A stretch of DNA of 64,000 bases from the human T2T-CHM13v2.0 reference genome, Homo sapiens, in NCBI RefSeq assembly GCF_009914755.1, contig NC_060926.1, one strand, 5' to 3'. This document shows, one piece after another, positions 1 through 13,430 of the stretch. A program made the translations under genes and the position numbers. The notes beneath the pieces are model-generated. The model ran no database searches, was not told the DNA's origin, and saw nothing but the letters and a program-made list of their open reading frames with translations. How positions within the stretch are numbered: position 1 is the stretch's first letter; every line of letters begins with the position of its first letter.

Positions 1-21
1 CCCCTGAAAACTAGACAGAAG

Positions 22-700
22 CATTCTCAGAATCTTATTTGTGATGTGCGCCCTCAACTAACAGTGTTGAAGCTTTCTTTTGATAGAGCAGTTTTGAAAC
101 ACTCTTTTTGTAAAATCTGCAAGAGGATATTTGGATAGCTTTGAGGATTTCGTTGGAAACGGGATTGTCTTCATATAAACTCTAGACAGAAGCATTCTCA
201 GAAGCTTCATTGGGATGTTTCAATTGAAGTCACAGTGTTGAACAGTCCCTTTCATAGAGCAGGTTTGAAACACTCTTTTTGTAGTATCTGGAAGTGGACA
301 TTTGGAGCGCTCTCAGGACTGCGGTGAAAAAGGAAATATCTTCCAATAAAAGCTAGATAGAAGCAATGTCAGAAACTTTTTCATGATGTATCTACTCAGC
401 TAACAGAGTTGAACCTTCCTTTGAGAGAGCAGTTTTGAAACACTCTTTTTGTGGAATCTGCAAGTGGATATTTGTCTAGCTTTGAGGATTTCGTTGGAAA
501 CCGGATTACATATAAAAAGCAGACAGCAGCATTCCCAGAAACTTCTTTGTGAGGTTTGCATTCAAGTCACAGAGTTGAACATTCCCTTTCATAGAGCAGG
601 TTTGAAACACTCTTTTTGTAGTATCTGGATGTGGACATTTGCAGCGCTTTCAGGCCTAAGGTGAAAAAGGAAATATCTTCCCCTGAAAACTAGACAGAAG
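22..700 (+). repeat. D2Z1: Canonical tetramer HOR unit A-B-C-D (A 22-192, B 193-363, C 364-529, D 530-700); likely chromosome 2 D2Z1 type
   Basis: Monomer starts cattctcagaatc (22), cattctcagaagc (193), caatgtcagaaac (364) and cattcccagaaac (530); next A at 701. One XbaI site (tctaga, 181-186) per unit. A 680-bp XbaI tetramer of SF2 matches my recollection of D2Z1; the chromosome is not verified by alignment. Confidence 0.75.
148..164 (+). promoter_or_regulatory. CENP-B box, intact (example; the site recurs about every 340 bp in A, C and A/C monomers)
   Basis: tttcgttggaaacggga matches YTTCGTTGGAARCGGGA, with all essential bases of nTTCGnnnnAnnCGGGn. Confidence 0.97.
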
Positions 701-1335
701 CATTCTCAGAAACTTATTTGTGATGTGCGCCCTCAACTAACAGTGTTGAAGCTTTCTTTTGATAGAGCAGTTTTGAAACACTCTTTTTGTAATATCTGCA
801 AGAGGATATTAGGATAGCTTTGAGGATTTCGTTGGAAACGGGATTGTCTTCATATAAACTCTAGACAGAAGCATTCTCAGAAGCTTCATTGGGATGTTTC
901 AATTGAAGTCACAGTGTTGAACAGTTCCTTTCATAGAACAGGTTTGAAACACTCTTTTTGTAGTATCTGGAAGTGGACATTTGGAGCACTCTCAGGACTA
1001 TGGTGAAAAAGGAAATATCTTCCAATAAAAGCTACATAGAAGCAATGTCAGAAACTTTTTCATGATGTATCTACTCAGCTAACAGAGTTGAACCTTTCCT
1101 TTGAGAGAGCAGTTTTGAAACACTCTTTTTGTGGAATCTGCAAGTGGATATTTGTCTAGCTTTGAGGATTTCGTTGGAAACGGGATTACATATAAAAAGC
1201 AGACAGCAGCATTCCCAGTAACTTCTTTGTGATGTTCGCATTCAAGTCACAGAGTTGAACATTCCCTTTCATAGAGCAGGTTTGAAACACTCTTTTTGTA
1301 GTATCTGGATGTGGACATTTGGAGCGCTTTCAGGC

Positions 1336-1352
1336 CTATGGTGAAAAAGGAA
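1336..1352 (-). promoter_or_regulatory. pJalpha box (example; equivalent position in B and D monomers)
   Basis: ctatggtgaaaaaggaa is the reverse complement of the TTCCTTTTYCACCRTAG motif of A-type alphoid monomers. Confidence 0.8.
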
Positions 1353-1380
1353 ATATCTTCCCCTGAAAACTACACAGAAG

Positions 1381-2060
1381 CATTCTCAGAATCTTATTTG
1401 TGATGTGCGCCCTCAACTAACAGTGTTGAAGCTTTCTTTTGATAGAGCAGTTTTGAAACACTCTTTTTGTAAAATCTGCAAGAGGATATTTGGATAGCTT
1501 TGAGGATTTCGTTGGAAACGGGATTGTCTTCATATAAACTCTAGACAGAAGCATTCTCAGAAGCTTCATTGGGATGTTTCAATTGAAGTCACAGTGTTGA
1601 ACAGTCCCTTTCATAGAGCAGGTTTGAAACACTCTTTTTGTAGTATCTGGATGTGGACATTTGGAGCTCTTTCAGGCCTATGGTTTAAAAGGAAATATCT
1701 TCCCCTGAAAACTAGACAGAAGCATTCTCAGAAACTTATTTGTGATGTGCGCCCTCAACAAACAGTGTTGTAGCATTCTTTTGATAGAGCAGTTTTGAAA
1801 CACTCTTTTTGTGGAATCTGCAAGTGGATATTTGTCTAGCTTTCAGGATTTCGTTGGAAACGGGATTACATATAAAAAGCAGAAAGCAGCATTCCCAGAA
1901 ACTTCTTTGTGATGTTTGCATTCAAGTCACAGAGTTGAACATTCCCTTTCATAGAGCAGGTTTGAAACACTCTTTTTGTAGTATCTGGATGTGGACATTT
2001 GGAGCGCTTTCAGGCCTATGGTGAAAAAGGAAATATCTTCCCCTGAAAACTAGACAGAAG
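1381..2060 (+). repeat. Hybrid tetramer A-(B/D)-(A/C)-D with tggtttaaaa and gcattcttt markers
   Basis: The B monomer ends in D sequence (gatgtggac...tcaggcctatggtttaaaaggaaatatcttcccctg). The next monomer begins as A and ends as C. Recurs near 3079, 4439, 8512, 15641, 23455, 50301 and 54719. Confidence 0.88.
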
Positions 2061-3078
2061 CATTCTCAGAAACTTATTTGTGATGTGCGCCCTCAACTAA
2101 CAGTGTTGAACCTTTCTTTTGATAGAGCAGTTTTGAAACACTCTTTTTGTAATATCTGCAAGAGGATATTTGGATAGATTTGAGGATTTCGTTGGAAACG
2201 GGATTACATATAAAAAGCAGACAGCAGCATTCCCAGAATCTTGTTTGTGATGTTTGCATTCAAGTCACAGAGTTGAACATTCCCTTTCATAGAGCATGTT
2301 TGAAACACTCTTTTTATAGTATCTGGATGTGGACATTTGGAGCGCTTTCAGGCCTATGGTGAAAAAGGATATATCTTCTCCTGAAAACTAGACAGAAGCA
2401 TTCTCAGAATCTTATTTGTGATGTGCGCCCTCAACTAACAGTGTTGAAGCTTTCTTTTGATAGAGCAGTTTTGAAACACTCTTTTCGTAAAATCTGCAAG
2501 AGGATATTTTGATAGCTTTGAGGATTTCGTTGGAAACGGGATTGTCTTCATATAAACTCTAGACAGAAGCATTCTCAGAAGCTTCATTGGGATGTTTCAA
2601 TTGAAGTCACAGTGTTGAACAGTCCCTTTCATAGAGCAGGTTTGAAACACTCTTTTTGTAGTATCTGGAAGTGGACATTTGGAGAGATCTCAGGAATACG
2701 GTGATAAAGGAAATATCTTCCAATAAAAGCTAGATAGAAGCAATGTCAGAAACTTTTTCATGATGTATCTACTCAGCTAACAGAGTTGAACCTTTCTTTT
2801 GAGAGAGCAGTTTTGAAACACTCTTTTTGTGGAATCTGCAAGTGGATATTTGTCTAGCTTTGAGGATTTCGTTGGAAACGGGATTACATATAAAAAGCAG
2901 ACAGCAGCATTCCCAGAAACTTCTTTGTGATGTTTGCATTCAAGTCACAGAGTTGAACATTCCCTTTCATAGAGCAGGTTTGAAACACTCTTTTTGTAGT
3001 ATCTGGATGTGGACATTTGGAGCGCTTTCAGGCCTATGGTGAAAAAGGAAATATCTTCCCCTGAAAACTAGACAGAAG
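2061..3078 (+). repeat. 6-mer variant (A/C)-D-A-B-C-D, 1018 bp
   Basis: A 338-bp (A/C)-D dimer is followed by a tetramer. Linked markers are gaatcttgttt, tttttatagt, ttttcgtaaa, tattttgat and gagagatctcaggaatacggtgataa. Related copies near 5798, 7494, 9871, 11567, 19040, 22096, 25494, 31269 and 36364. Confidence 0.82.
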
Positions 3079-5626
3079 AATTCTCAGAATCTTATTTGTG
3101 ATGTGCGCCCTCAACTAACAGTGTTGAAGCTTTCTTTTGATAGAGCAGTTTTGAAACACTCTTTTTGTAAAATCTGCAAGAGGATATTTGTATAGCCTTG
3201 AGGATTTCGTTGGAAACGGTATTGTCTTCATATAAACTCTAGACAGAAGCATTCTCAGAAGCGTCATTGGGATGTTTCAATTGAAGTCACAGTGTTGAAG
3301 AGTCCCTTTCATAGAGCAGGTTTGAAACACTCTTTTTGTAGTATCTGGATGTGGACATTTGGAGCGCTTTCAGGCCTATGGTTTAAAAGGAAATATCTTC
3401 CCTTTGAAAACTAGACAGAAGCATTCTCAGAAACTTATTTGTGATGTGCGCCCTCAACTAACAGTGTTGAAGCATTCTTTTGATAGAGCAGTTTTGAAAC
3501 ACTCTTTTTGTGGAATCTGCAAGTGGATATTTGTCTAGCTTTGAGGATTTCGTTGGAAACGGGATTACATATAAAAAGCAGACAGCAGCATTCCCAGAAA
3601 CTTCTTTGTGATGTTTGCATTCAAGTCACAGAGTTCAACATTCCCTTTCATAGAGCAGGTTTGAAACACTCTTTTTGTAGTATCTGGATGTGGACATTTG
3701 GAGCGCTTTCAGGCCTATGGTGAAAAAGGAAATATCTTCCCCTGAAAACTAGACAGAAGCATTCTCAGAATCTTATTTGTGATGTGCGCCCTCAACTAAC
3801 AGTGTTGAAGCTTTCTTTTGATAGAGCAGTTTTGAAACACACTTTTTGTAAAATCTGCAAGAGGATATTTGGATAGCTTTGAGGATTTCGTTGGAAACGG
3901 GATTGTCTTCATATAAACTCTAGACAGAAGCATTCTCAGAAGCTTCATTGGGATGTTTCAATTGAAGTCACAGTGTTGAACAGTCCCTTTCATAGAGCAG
4001 GTTTGAAACACTCTTTTTGTAGTATCTGGAAGTGGACATTTGGAGCGCTCTCAGGACTGCGGTGAAAAAGGAAATATCTTCCAATAAAAGCTAGATGGAA
4101 GCAATGTCAGAAACTTTTTCATGATGTATCTACTCAGCTAACAGAGTTGAACCTTCCTTTGAGAGAGCAGTTTTGAAACACTCTTTTTGTGGAATCTGCA
4201 AGTGGATATTTGTCTAGCTTTGAGGATTTCGTTGGAAACGGGATTACATATAAAAAGCAGACAGCAGCATTCCCAGAAACTTCTTTGTGAGGTTTGCATT
4301 CAAGTCACAGAGTTGAACATTCCCTTTCATAGAGCAGGTTTGAAACACTCTTTTTGTAGTATCTGGATGTGGACATTTGGAGCGCTTTCAGGCCTATGGT
4401 GAAAAAGGAAATATCTTCCCCTGAAAACTAGACAGAAGCATTCTCAGAAACTTATTTGTGATGTGCGCCCTCAACTAACAGTGTTGAAGCTCTCTTTTGA
4501 TAGAGCAGTTTTGAAACACTCTTTTTGTAAAATCTGCAAGAGGATATTTGGATAGCTTTGAGGATTTCGTTGGAAACGGGATTGTCTTCATATAAACTCT
4601 AGACAGAAGCATTCTCAGAAGCTTCATTGGGATGTTTCAATTGAAGTCACAGTGTTGAACAGTCCCTTTCATAGAGCAGGTTTGAAACATTCTTTTTGTA
4701 GTATCTGGATGTGGACATTTGGAGCGCTTTCAGGCCTATGGTTTAAAAGGAAATATCTTCCCCTGAAAACTAGACAGAAGCATTCTCAGAAACTTATTTG
4801 TGATGTGCGCCCTCAACTAACAGTGTTGAAGCATTCTTTTGATAGAGCAGTTTTGAAACACTCTTTTTGTGGAATCTGCAAGTGGATATTTGTCTAGCTT
4901 TGAGGATTTCGTTGGAAACGGGATTACATATAAAAAGCAGACAGCAGCATTCCCAGAAACTTCTTTGTGATGTTTGCATTCAAGTCACTGAGTTGAACAT
5001 TCCCTTTCATAGAGCAGGTTTGAAACACTCTTTTTGTAGTATCTGGATGTGGACATTTGGAGCGCTTTCAGGCCTATGGTGAAAAAGGATATATCTTCCC
5101 CTGAAAACTAGACAGAAGCATTCTCAGAATCTTATATGTGATGTGCGCCCTCAACTAACAGTGTTGAAGGTTTCTTTTGATAGAGCAGTTTTGAAACACT
5201 CTTTTTGTAAAATCTGCAAGAAGATATTTGGATAGCTTTGAGGATTTCGTTGGAAACGGGATTGTCTTCATATAAACTCTAGACAGAAGCATTCTCAGAA
5301 GCTTCATTGGGATGTTTCAATTGAAGTCACAGTGTTGAACAGTCCCTTTCATAGAGCAGGTTTGAAACACTCTTTTTGTAGTATCTGGAAGTGGACATTT
5401 GGAGCGCTCTCAGGACTGCGGTGAAAAAGGAAATATCTTCCAATAAAAGCTAGATAGAAGCAATGTCAGAAACTTTTTCATGATGTATCTACTCAGCTAA
5501 CAGAGTTGAACCTTCCTTTGAGAGAGCAGTTTTGAAACACTCTTTCTGTGGAATCTGCAAGTGGATATTTGTCTAGCTTTGAGGATTTCCTTGGAAACGG
5601 GATTACATATAAAAAGCAGACAGCAG

Positions 5627-8600
5627 CATTCCCAGAAACTTCTTTGTGATGTTTGCATTCAAGTCACAGAGTTGAACATTCCCTTTCATAGAGCAGGTTT
5701 GAAACACTCTTTTTGTAGTACCTGGATTTGGACATTTGCAGCGCTTTCAGGCCTAAGGTGAAAAAGGAAATATCTTCCCCTGAAAACTAGACAGAAGCAT
5801 TCTCAGAAACTTATTTGTGATGTGCGCCCTCAACTAACAGTGTTGAAGCTTTCTTTTGATAGAGCAGTTTTGAAACACTCTTTTTGTGGAATCTGCAAGA
5901 GGATATTTGTCTAGCTTTGAGGATTTCGTTGGAAACGGGATTACATATAAAAAGCAGACAGCAGCATTCCCAGAATCTTGTTTGTGATGTTTGCATTCAA
6001 GTCACAGAGTTCAAAATTCCCTTTCAGAGAGCAGGTTTGAAACACTCTTTTTATACTATCTGGATGTGGACATTTGGAGCGCTTTCAGGCCTATGGTGAA
6101 AAAGGAAATATCTTCTCCTGAAAACTAGACAGAAGCATTCTCAGAATCTTATTTGTGATGTGCGTCCTCAACTAACAGTGTTGAAGCTTTCTTTTGATAG
6201 AGCAGTTTTGAAACACTCTTTTTGTAAAATCTGCAAGAGGATATTTTGATAGCTTTGAGGATTTCGTTGGAAACGGGATTGTCTTCATATAAATTCTAGA
6301 CAGAAGCATTCTCAGAAGCTTCATTGGGATGTTTCAATTGAAGTCACAGTGTTGAACAGTCCCTTTCATAGAGCAGGTTTGAAACACTCTTTTTGTAGTA
6401 TCTGGAAGTGGACATTTGGAGAGATCTCAGGAATACGGTGATAAGGGAAATATCTTCCAATAAAAGCTAGATAGAAGCAATGTCAGAAACTTTTTCATGA
6501 TGTATCTACTCAGCTAACAGAGTTGAACCTTCCTTTGAGAGAGCAGTTTTTAAACACTCTTTTTGTGGAATCTGCAAGTGGATATTTGTCTAGCTTTGAG
6601 GATTTCGTTGGAAACGGGATTACATATAAAAACAGACAGCAGCATTCCCAGAAACTTCTTTGTGATGTTTGCATTCAAGTCACAGACTTGAACATTCCCT
6701 TTCATAGAGCAGGTTTGAAACACTCTTTTTGTAGTATCTGGATGTGGATATTTGCAGCGATTTCAGGCCTAAGGTGAAAAAGGAAATATCTTCCCCTGAA
6801 AACTAGACAGAAGCATTCTCAGAAACTTATTTGTGATGTGCGCCCTCAACTAACAGTGTTGAACCTTTCTTTTGATAGAGCAGTTTTGAAACACTCTTTT
6901 TGTAATATCTGCAAGAGGATATTTGGATAGCTTTGAGGATTTCGTTGGAAACGGGATTGTCTTCATATAAACTCTAGACAGAAGCATTCTCAGAAGCTTC
7001 ATTGGGATGTTTCAATTGAAGTCACAGTGTTGAACAGTTCCTTTCATAGAACAGGTTTGAAACACTCTTTTTGTAGTATCTGGAAGTGGACATTTGGAGC
7101 GCTCTCAGGACTATGGTGAAAAAGGAAATATCTTCCAATAAAAGCTACATAGAAGCAATGTCAGAAACTTTTTCATGATGTATCTACTCAGCTAACAGAG
7201 TTGAACCTTTCCTTTGAGAGAGCAGTTTTTAAACACTCTTTTTGTGGAATCTGCAAGTGGATATTTGTCTAGCTTTGAGGATTTCGTTGGAAACGGGATT
7301 TCATATAAAAAGCAGACAGCAGCATTCCCAGTAACTTCTTTGGGATGTTTGCATTCAAGTCACAGAGTTGAACATTCCCTTTCATAGAGCAGGTTTGAAA
7401 CACTCTTTTTGTAGTATCTGGATGTGGACATTTGGAGCGCTTTCAGGCCTATGGTGAAAAAGGAAATATCTTCCCCTGAAAACTAGACAGAAGCATTCTC
7501 AGAAACTTATTTGTGATGTGCGCCCTCAACTAACAGTGTTGAACCTTTCTTTTGATAGAGCAGTTTTGAAACACTCTTTTTGTAATATCTGCAAGAGGAT
7601 ATTTGGATAGCTTTGAGGATTTCGTTGGAAACGGGATTACATATAAAAAGCAGACAGCAGCATTCCCAGAATCTTGTTTGTGATGTTTGCATTCAAGTCA
7701 CAGAGTTGAACATTCCCTTTCAGAGAGCAGGTTTGAAACACTCTTTTTAAAGTATCTGGATGTGGACATTTGGAGCGCTTTCAGGCCTATGGTGAAAAAG
7801 GAAATATCTTCTCCTGAAAACTAGACAGAAGCATTTTCAGAATCTTATTTTTGATGTGCGCCCTCAACTAACAGTGTTGAAGCTTTCTTTTGATAGAGCA
7901 GTTTTGAAACACTCTTTTCGTAAAATCTGCAAGAGGATATTTTGATAGCTTTGAGGATTTCGTTGGAAACGGGATTGTCTTCATATAAACTCTAGACAGA
8001 AGCATTCTCAGAAGCTTCATTGGGATGTTTCAATTGAAGTCACAGTGTTGGACAGTCCCTTTCATAGAGCAGGTTTGAAACACTCTTTTTGTAGTATCTG
8101 GAAGTGGACATTTTGAGAGATCTCAGGAATACGGTGATAAAGGAAATATCTTCCAATAAAAGCTAGATAGAAGCAATGTCAGAAACTTTTTCATGATGTA
8201 TCTACTCAGCTAACAGAGTTGAACCTTTCTTTTGAGAGAGCAGTTTTGAAACACTCTTTTTGTGGAATCTGCAAGTGGATATTTGTCTAGCTTTGAGGAT
8301 TTCGTTGGAAACGGGATTACTTATAAAAAGCAGACAGCAGCATTCCCAGTAACTTCTTTGTGATGTTTGCATTCAAGTCACAGAGTTGAACATTCCCTTT
8401 CATAGAGCAGGTTTGAAACACTCTTTTTGTAGTATCTGGATGTGGACATTTGGAGCGCTTTCAGGCCTATGGTGAAAAAGGAAATATCTTCCCCTGAAAA
8501 CTAGACAGAAGCATTCTCAGAATCTTATTTGTGATGTGCGCCCTCAACTAACAGTGTTGAAGCTTTCTTTTGATAGAGCAGTTTTGAAACACTCTTTTTG

Positions 8601-11600
8601 TAAAATCTGCAAGAGGATATTTGGATAGCTTTGAGGATTTCGTTGGAAACGGGATTGTCTTCATATAAACTCTAGACAGAAGCATTCTCAGAAGCGTCAT
8701 TGGGATGTTTCAATTGAAGTCACAGTGTTGAACAGTCCCTTTCATAGAGCAGGTTTGAAACACTCTTTTTGTAGTATCTGGATGTGGACATTTGGAGCGC
8801 TTTCAGGCCTATGGTTTAAAAGGAAATATCTTCCCCTGAAAACTAGACAGAAGCATTCTCAGAAACTTATTTGTGATGTGCGCCCTCAACTAACAGTGTT
8901 GAAGCATTCTTTTGATAGAGCCGTTTTGAAACACTCTTTTTGTGGAATCTGCAAGTGGTTATTTGTCTAGCTTTGAGGATTTCGTTGGAAACGGGATTAC
9001 ATATAAAAAGCAGACAGCAGCATTCCCAGAAACTTCTTTGTGATGTTTGCATTCAAGTCACAGAGTTGAACATTCCCTTTCATAGAGCAGGTTTGAAACA
9101 CTCTTTTTGTAGTATCTGGATGTGGACATTTGGAGCGCTTTCAGGCCTATGGTGAAAAAGGAAATATCTTCCCCTGAAAACTAGACAGAAGCATTCTCAG
9201 AATCTTATTTGTGATGTGCGCCCTCAACTAACAGTGTTGAAGCTTTCTTTTGATAGAGCAGTTTTGAAACACTCTTTTTGTAAAATCTGCAAGAGGATAT
9301 TTGGATAGCTTTGAGGATTTCGTTGGAAACGGGATTGTCTTCATATAAACTCTAGACAGAAGCATTCTCAGAAGCTTCATTGGGATGTTTCACTTGAAGT
9401 CACAGTGTTGAACAGTCCCTTTCATAGAGCAGGTTTGAAACACTCTTTTTGTAGTATCTGGAAGTGGACATTTGGAGCGCTCTCAGGACTGCGGTGAAAA
9501 AGGAAATATCTTCCAATAAAAGCTAGATAGAAGCAATGTCAGAAACTTTTTCATGATGTATCTACTCAGCTAACAGAGTTGAACCTTCCTTTGAGAGAGC
9601 AGTTTTGAAACACTCTTTTTGTGGAATCTGCAAGTGGATATTTGTCTAGATTTGAGGATTTCGTTGGAAACGGGATTACATATAAAAAGCAGACAGCAGC
9701 ATTCCCAGAAACTTCTTTGTGATGTTTGCATTCAAGTCACAGAGTTGAACATTCCCTTTCATAGAGCAGGTTTGAAACACTCTTTTTGTAGTACCTGGAT
9801 TTGGACATTTGCAGCGCTTTCAGGCCTAAGGTGAAAAAGGAAATATCTTCCCCTGAAAACTAGACAGAAGCATTCTCAGAAACTTATTTGTGATGTGCGC
9901 CCTCAACTAACAGTGTTGAAGCTTTCTTTTGATAGAGCAGTTTTGAAACACTCTTTCTGTGGAATCTGCAAGAGGATATTTGTCTAGCTTTGAGGATTTC
10001 GTTGGAAACGGGATTACATATAAAAAGCAGACAGCAGCATTCCCAGAATCTTGTTTGTGATGTTTGCATTCAAGTCACAGAGTTCAACATTCCCTTTCAG
10101 AGAGCAGGATTGAAACACTCTTTTTATACTATCTGGATGTGGACATTTGGAGCGCTTTCAGGCCTATGGTGAAAAAGGAAATATCTTCTCCTGAAAACTA
10201 GACAGAAGCATTCTCAGAATCTTATTTGTGATGTGCGTCCTCAACTAACAGTGTTGAAGCTTTCTTTTGATAGAGCAGTTTTGAAACACACTTTTTGTAA
10301 AATCTGCAAGAGGATATTTTGATAGCTTTGAGGATTTCGTTGGAAACGGGATTGTCTTCATATAAATTCTAGACAGAAGCATTCTCAGAAGCTTCATTGG
10401 GATGTTTCAATTGAAGTCACAGTGTTGAACAGTCCCTTTCATAGAGCAGGTTTGAAACACTCTTTTTGTAGTATCTGGAAGTGGACATTTGGAGAGATCT
10501 CAGGAATACGGTGATAAAGGAAATATCTTCCAATAAAAGCTAGATAGAAGCAATGTCAGAAACTTTTTCATGATGTATCTACTCAGCTAACAGAGTTGAA
10601 CCTTCCTTTGAGAGAGCAGTTTTGAAACACTCTTTTTGTGGAATCTGCAAGTGGATATTTGTCTAGCTTTGAGGATTTCGTTGGAAACGGGATTACATAT
10701 GAAAACAGACAGCAGCATTCCCAGAAACTTCTTTGTGATGTTTGCATTCAAGTCACAGACTTGAACATTCCCTTTCATAGAGCAGGTTTGAAACACTCTT
10801 TTTGTAGTATCTGGATGTGGATATTTGCAGCGATTTCAGGCCTAAGGTGAAAAAGGAAATATCTTCCCCTGAAAACTAGACAGAAGCATTCTCAGAAACT
10901 TATTTGTGATGTGCGCCCTCAACTAACAGTGTTGAACCTTTCTTTTGATAGAGCAGTTTTGAAACACTCTTTTTGTAATATCTGCAAGAGGATATTTGGA
11001 TAGCTTTGAGGATTTCGTTGGAAACGGGATTGTCTTCATATAAACTCTAGACAGAAGCATTCTCAGAAGCTCCATTGGGATGTTTCAATTGAAGTCACAG
11101 TGTTGAACAGTTCCTTTCATAGAACAGGTTTGAAACACTCTTTTTGTAGTATCTGGAAGTGGACATTTGGAGCGCTCTCAGGACTATGGTGAAAAAGGAA
11201 ATATCTTCCAATAAAAGCTACATAGAAGCAATGTCAGAAACTTTTTCATGATGTATCTACTCAGCTAACAGAGTTGAACCTTTCCTTTGAGAGAGCAGTT
11301 TTTAAACACTCTTTTTGTGAAATCTGCAAGTGGATATTTGTCTAGCTTTGAGGATTTCGTTGGAAACGGGATTACATATAAAAAGCAGACAGCAGCATTC
11401 CCAGTAACTTCTTTGGGATGTTTGCATTCAAGTCACAGAGTTGAACATTCCCTTTCATAGAGCAGGTTTGAAACACTCTTTTTGTAGTATCTGGATGTGG
11501 ACATTTGGAGCGCTTTCAGGCCTATGGTGAAAAAGGAAATATCTTCCCCTGAAAACTAGACAGAAGCATTCTCAGAAACTTATTTGTGATGTGCGCCCTC

Positions 11601-13430
11601 AACTAACAGTGTTGAACCTTTCTTTTGATAGAGCAGTTTTGAAACACTCTTTTTGTAATATCTGCAAGAGGATATTTGGATAGCTTTGAGGATTTCGTTG
11701 GAAACGGGATTACATATAAAAAGCAGACAGCAGCATTCCCAGAATCTTGTTTGTGATGTTTGCATTCAAGTCACAGAGTTGAACATTCCCTTTCAGAGAG
11801 CAGGTTTGAAACACTCTTTTTAAAGTATCTGGATGTGGACATTTGGAGCGCTTTCAGGCCTATGGTGAAAAAGGAAATATCTTCTCCTGAAAACTAGACA
11901 GAAGCATTCTCAGAATCTTATTTGTGATGTGCGCCCTCAACTAACAGTGTTGAAGCTTTCTTTTGATAGAGCAGTTTTGAAACACTCTTTTCGTAAAATC
12001 TGCAAGAGGATATTTTGATAGCTTTGAGGATTTCGTTGGAAACGGGATTGTCTTCATATAAACTCTAGACAGAAGCATTCTCAGAAGCTACATTGGGATG
12101 TTTCAATTGAAGTCACAGTGTTGGACAGTCCCTTTCATAGAGCAGGTTTGAAACACTCTTTTTGTAGTATCTGGAAGTGGACATTTTGAGAGATCTCAGG
12201 AATACGGTGATAAAGGAAATATCTTCCAATAAAAGCTAGATAGAAGCAATGTCAGAAACTTTTTCATGATGTATCTACTCAGCTAACAGAGTTGAACCTT
12301 TCTTTTGAGAGAGCAGTTTTGAAACACTCTTTTTGTGGAATCTGCAAGTGGATATTTGTCTAGCTTTGAGGATTTCGTTGGAAACGGGATTACTTATAAA
12401 AAGCAGACAGCAGCATTCCCAGTAACTTCTTTGTGATGTTTGCATTCAAGTCACAGAGTTGAACATTCCCTTTCATAGAGCAGGTTTGAAACACTCTTTT
12501 TGTAGTATCTGGATGTGGACATTTGGAGCGCTTTCAGGCCTATGGTGAAAAAGGAAATATCTTCCCCTGAAAACTAGACAGAAGCATTCTCAGAAACTTA
12601 TTTGTGATGTGCGCCCTCAACTAACAGTGTTGAAGCATTCTTTTGATAGAGCCGTTTTGAAACACTCTTTTTGTGGAATCTGCAAGTGGTTATTTGTCTA
12701 GCTTTGAGGATTTCGTTGGAAACGGGATTACATATAAAAAGCAGACAGCAGCATTCCCAGAAACTTCTTTGTGATGTTTGCATTCAAGTCACAGAGTTGA
12801 ACATTCCCTTTCATAGAGCAGGTTTGAAACACTCTTTTTGTAGTATCTGGATGTGGACATTTGGAGCGCTTTCAGGCCTATGGTGAAAAAGGAAATATCT
12901 TCCCCTGAAAACTAGACAGAAGCATTCTCAGAATCTTATTTGTGATGTGCGCCCTCAACTAACAGTGTTGAAGCTTTCTTTTGATAGAGCAGTTTTGAAA
13001 CACTCTTTTTGTAAAATCTGCAAGAGGATATTTGGATAGCTTTGAGGATTTCGTTGGAAACGGGATTGTCTTCATATAAACTCTAGACAGAAGCATTCTC
13101 AGAAGCTTCATTGGGATGTTTCACTTGAAGTCACAGTGTTGAACAGTCCCTTTCATAGAGCAGGTTTGAAACACTCTTTTTGTAGTATCTGGAAGTGGAC
13201 ATTTGGAGCGCTCTCAGGACTGCGGTGAAAAAGGAAATATCTTCCAATAAAAGCTAGATAGAAGCAATGTCAGAAACTTTTTCATGATGTATCTACTCAG
13301 CTAACAGAGTTGAACCTTCCTTTGAGAGAGGAGTTTTGAAACACTCTTTTTGTGGAATCTGCAAGTGGATATTTGTCTAGATTTGAGGATTTCGTTGGAA
13401 ACGGGATTACATATAAAAAGCAGACAGCAG
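5627..13430 (+). repeat. Tandem duplication, 4073-bp (24-monomer) unit; second copy lacks a 342-bp dimer
   Basis: Private variants pair at offset 4073: gtacctggatttgg ~5717/9790, aaattctaga ~6291/10364, ttaaagtatc ~7747/11820, ttggacagtc ~8048/12121. They then pair at offset 3731: gagccgtttt ~8917/12648, tcacttgaag ~9390/13121. Confidence 0.88.

Noticed and set aside
345-520. AATAAA in B monomers and TATAAAA in C monomers as polyadenylation or TATA signals
   Set aside because: These are intrinsic AT-rich satellite motifs repeated in most units. Nothing in the sequence alone supports transcriptional function.
3398-3410. 1-bp insertion (ttccctttgaaaa) making a 172-bp monomer
   Set aside because: An isolated small indel beside a homopolymer; could be ordinary mutation or sequencing error.
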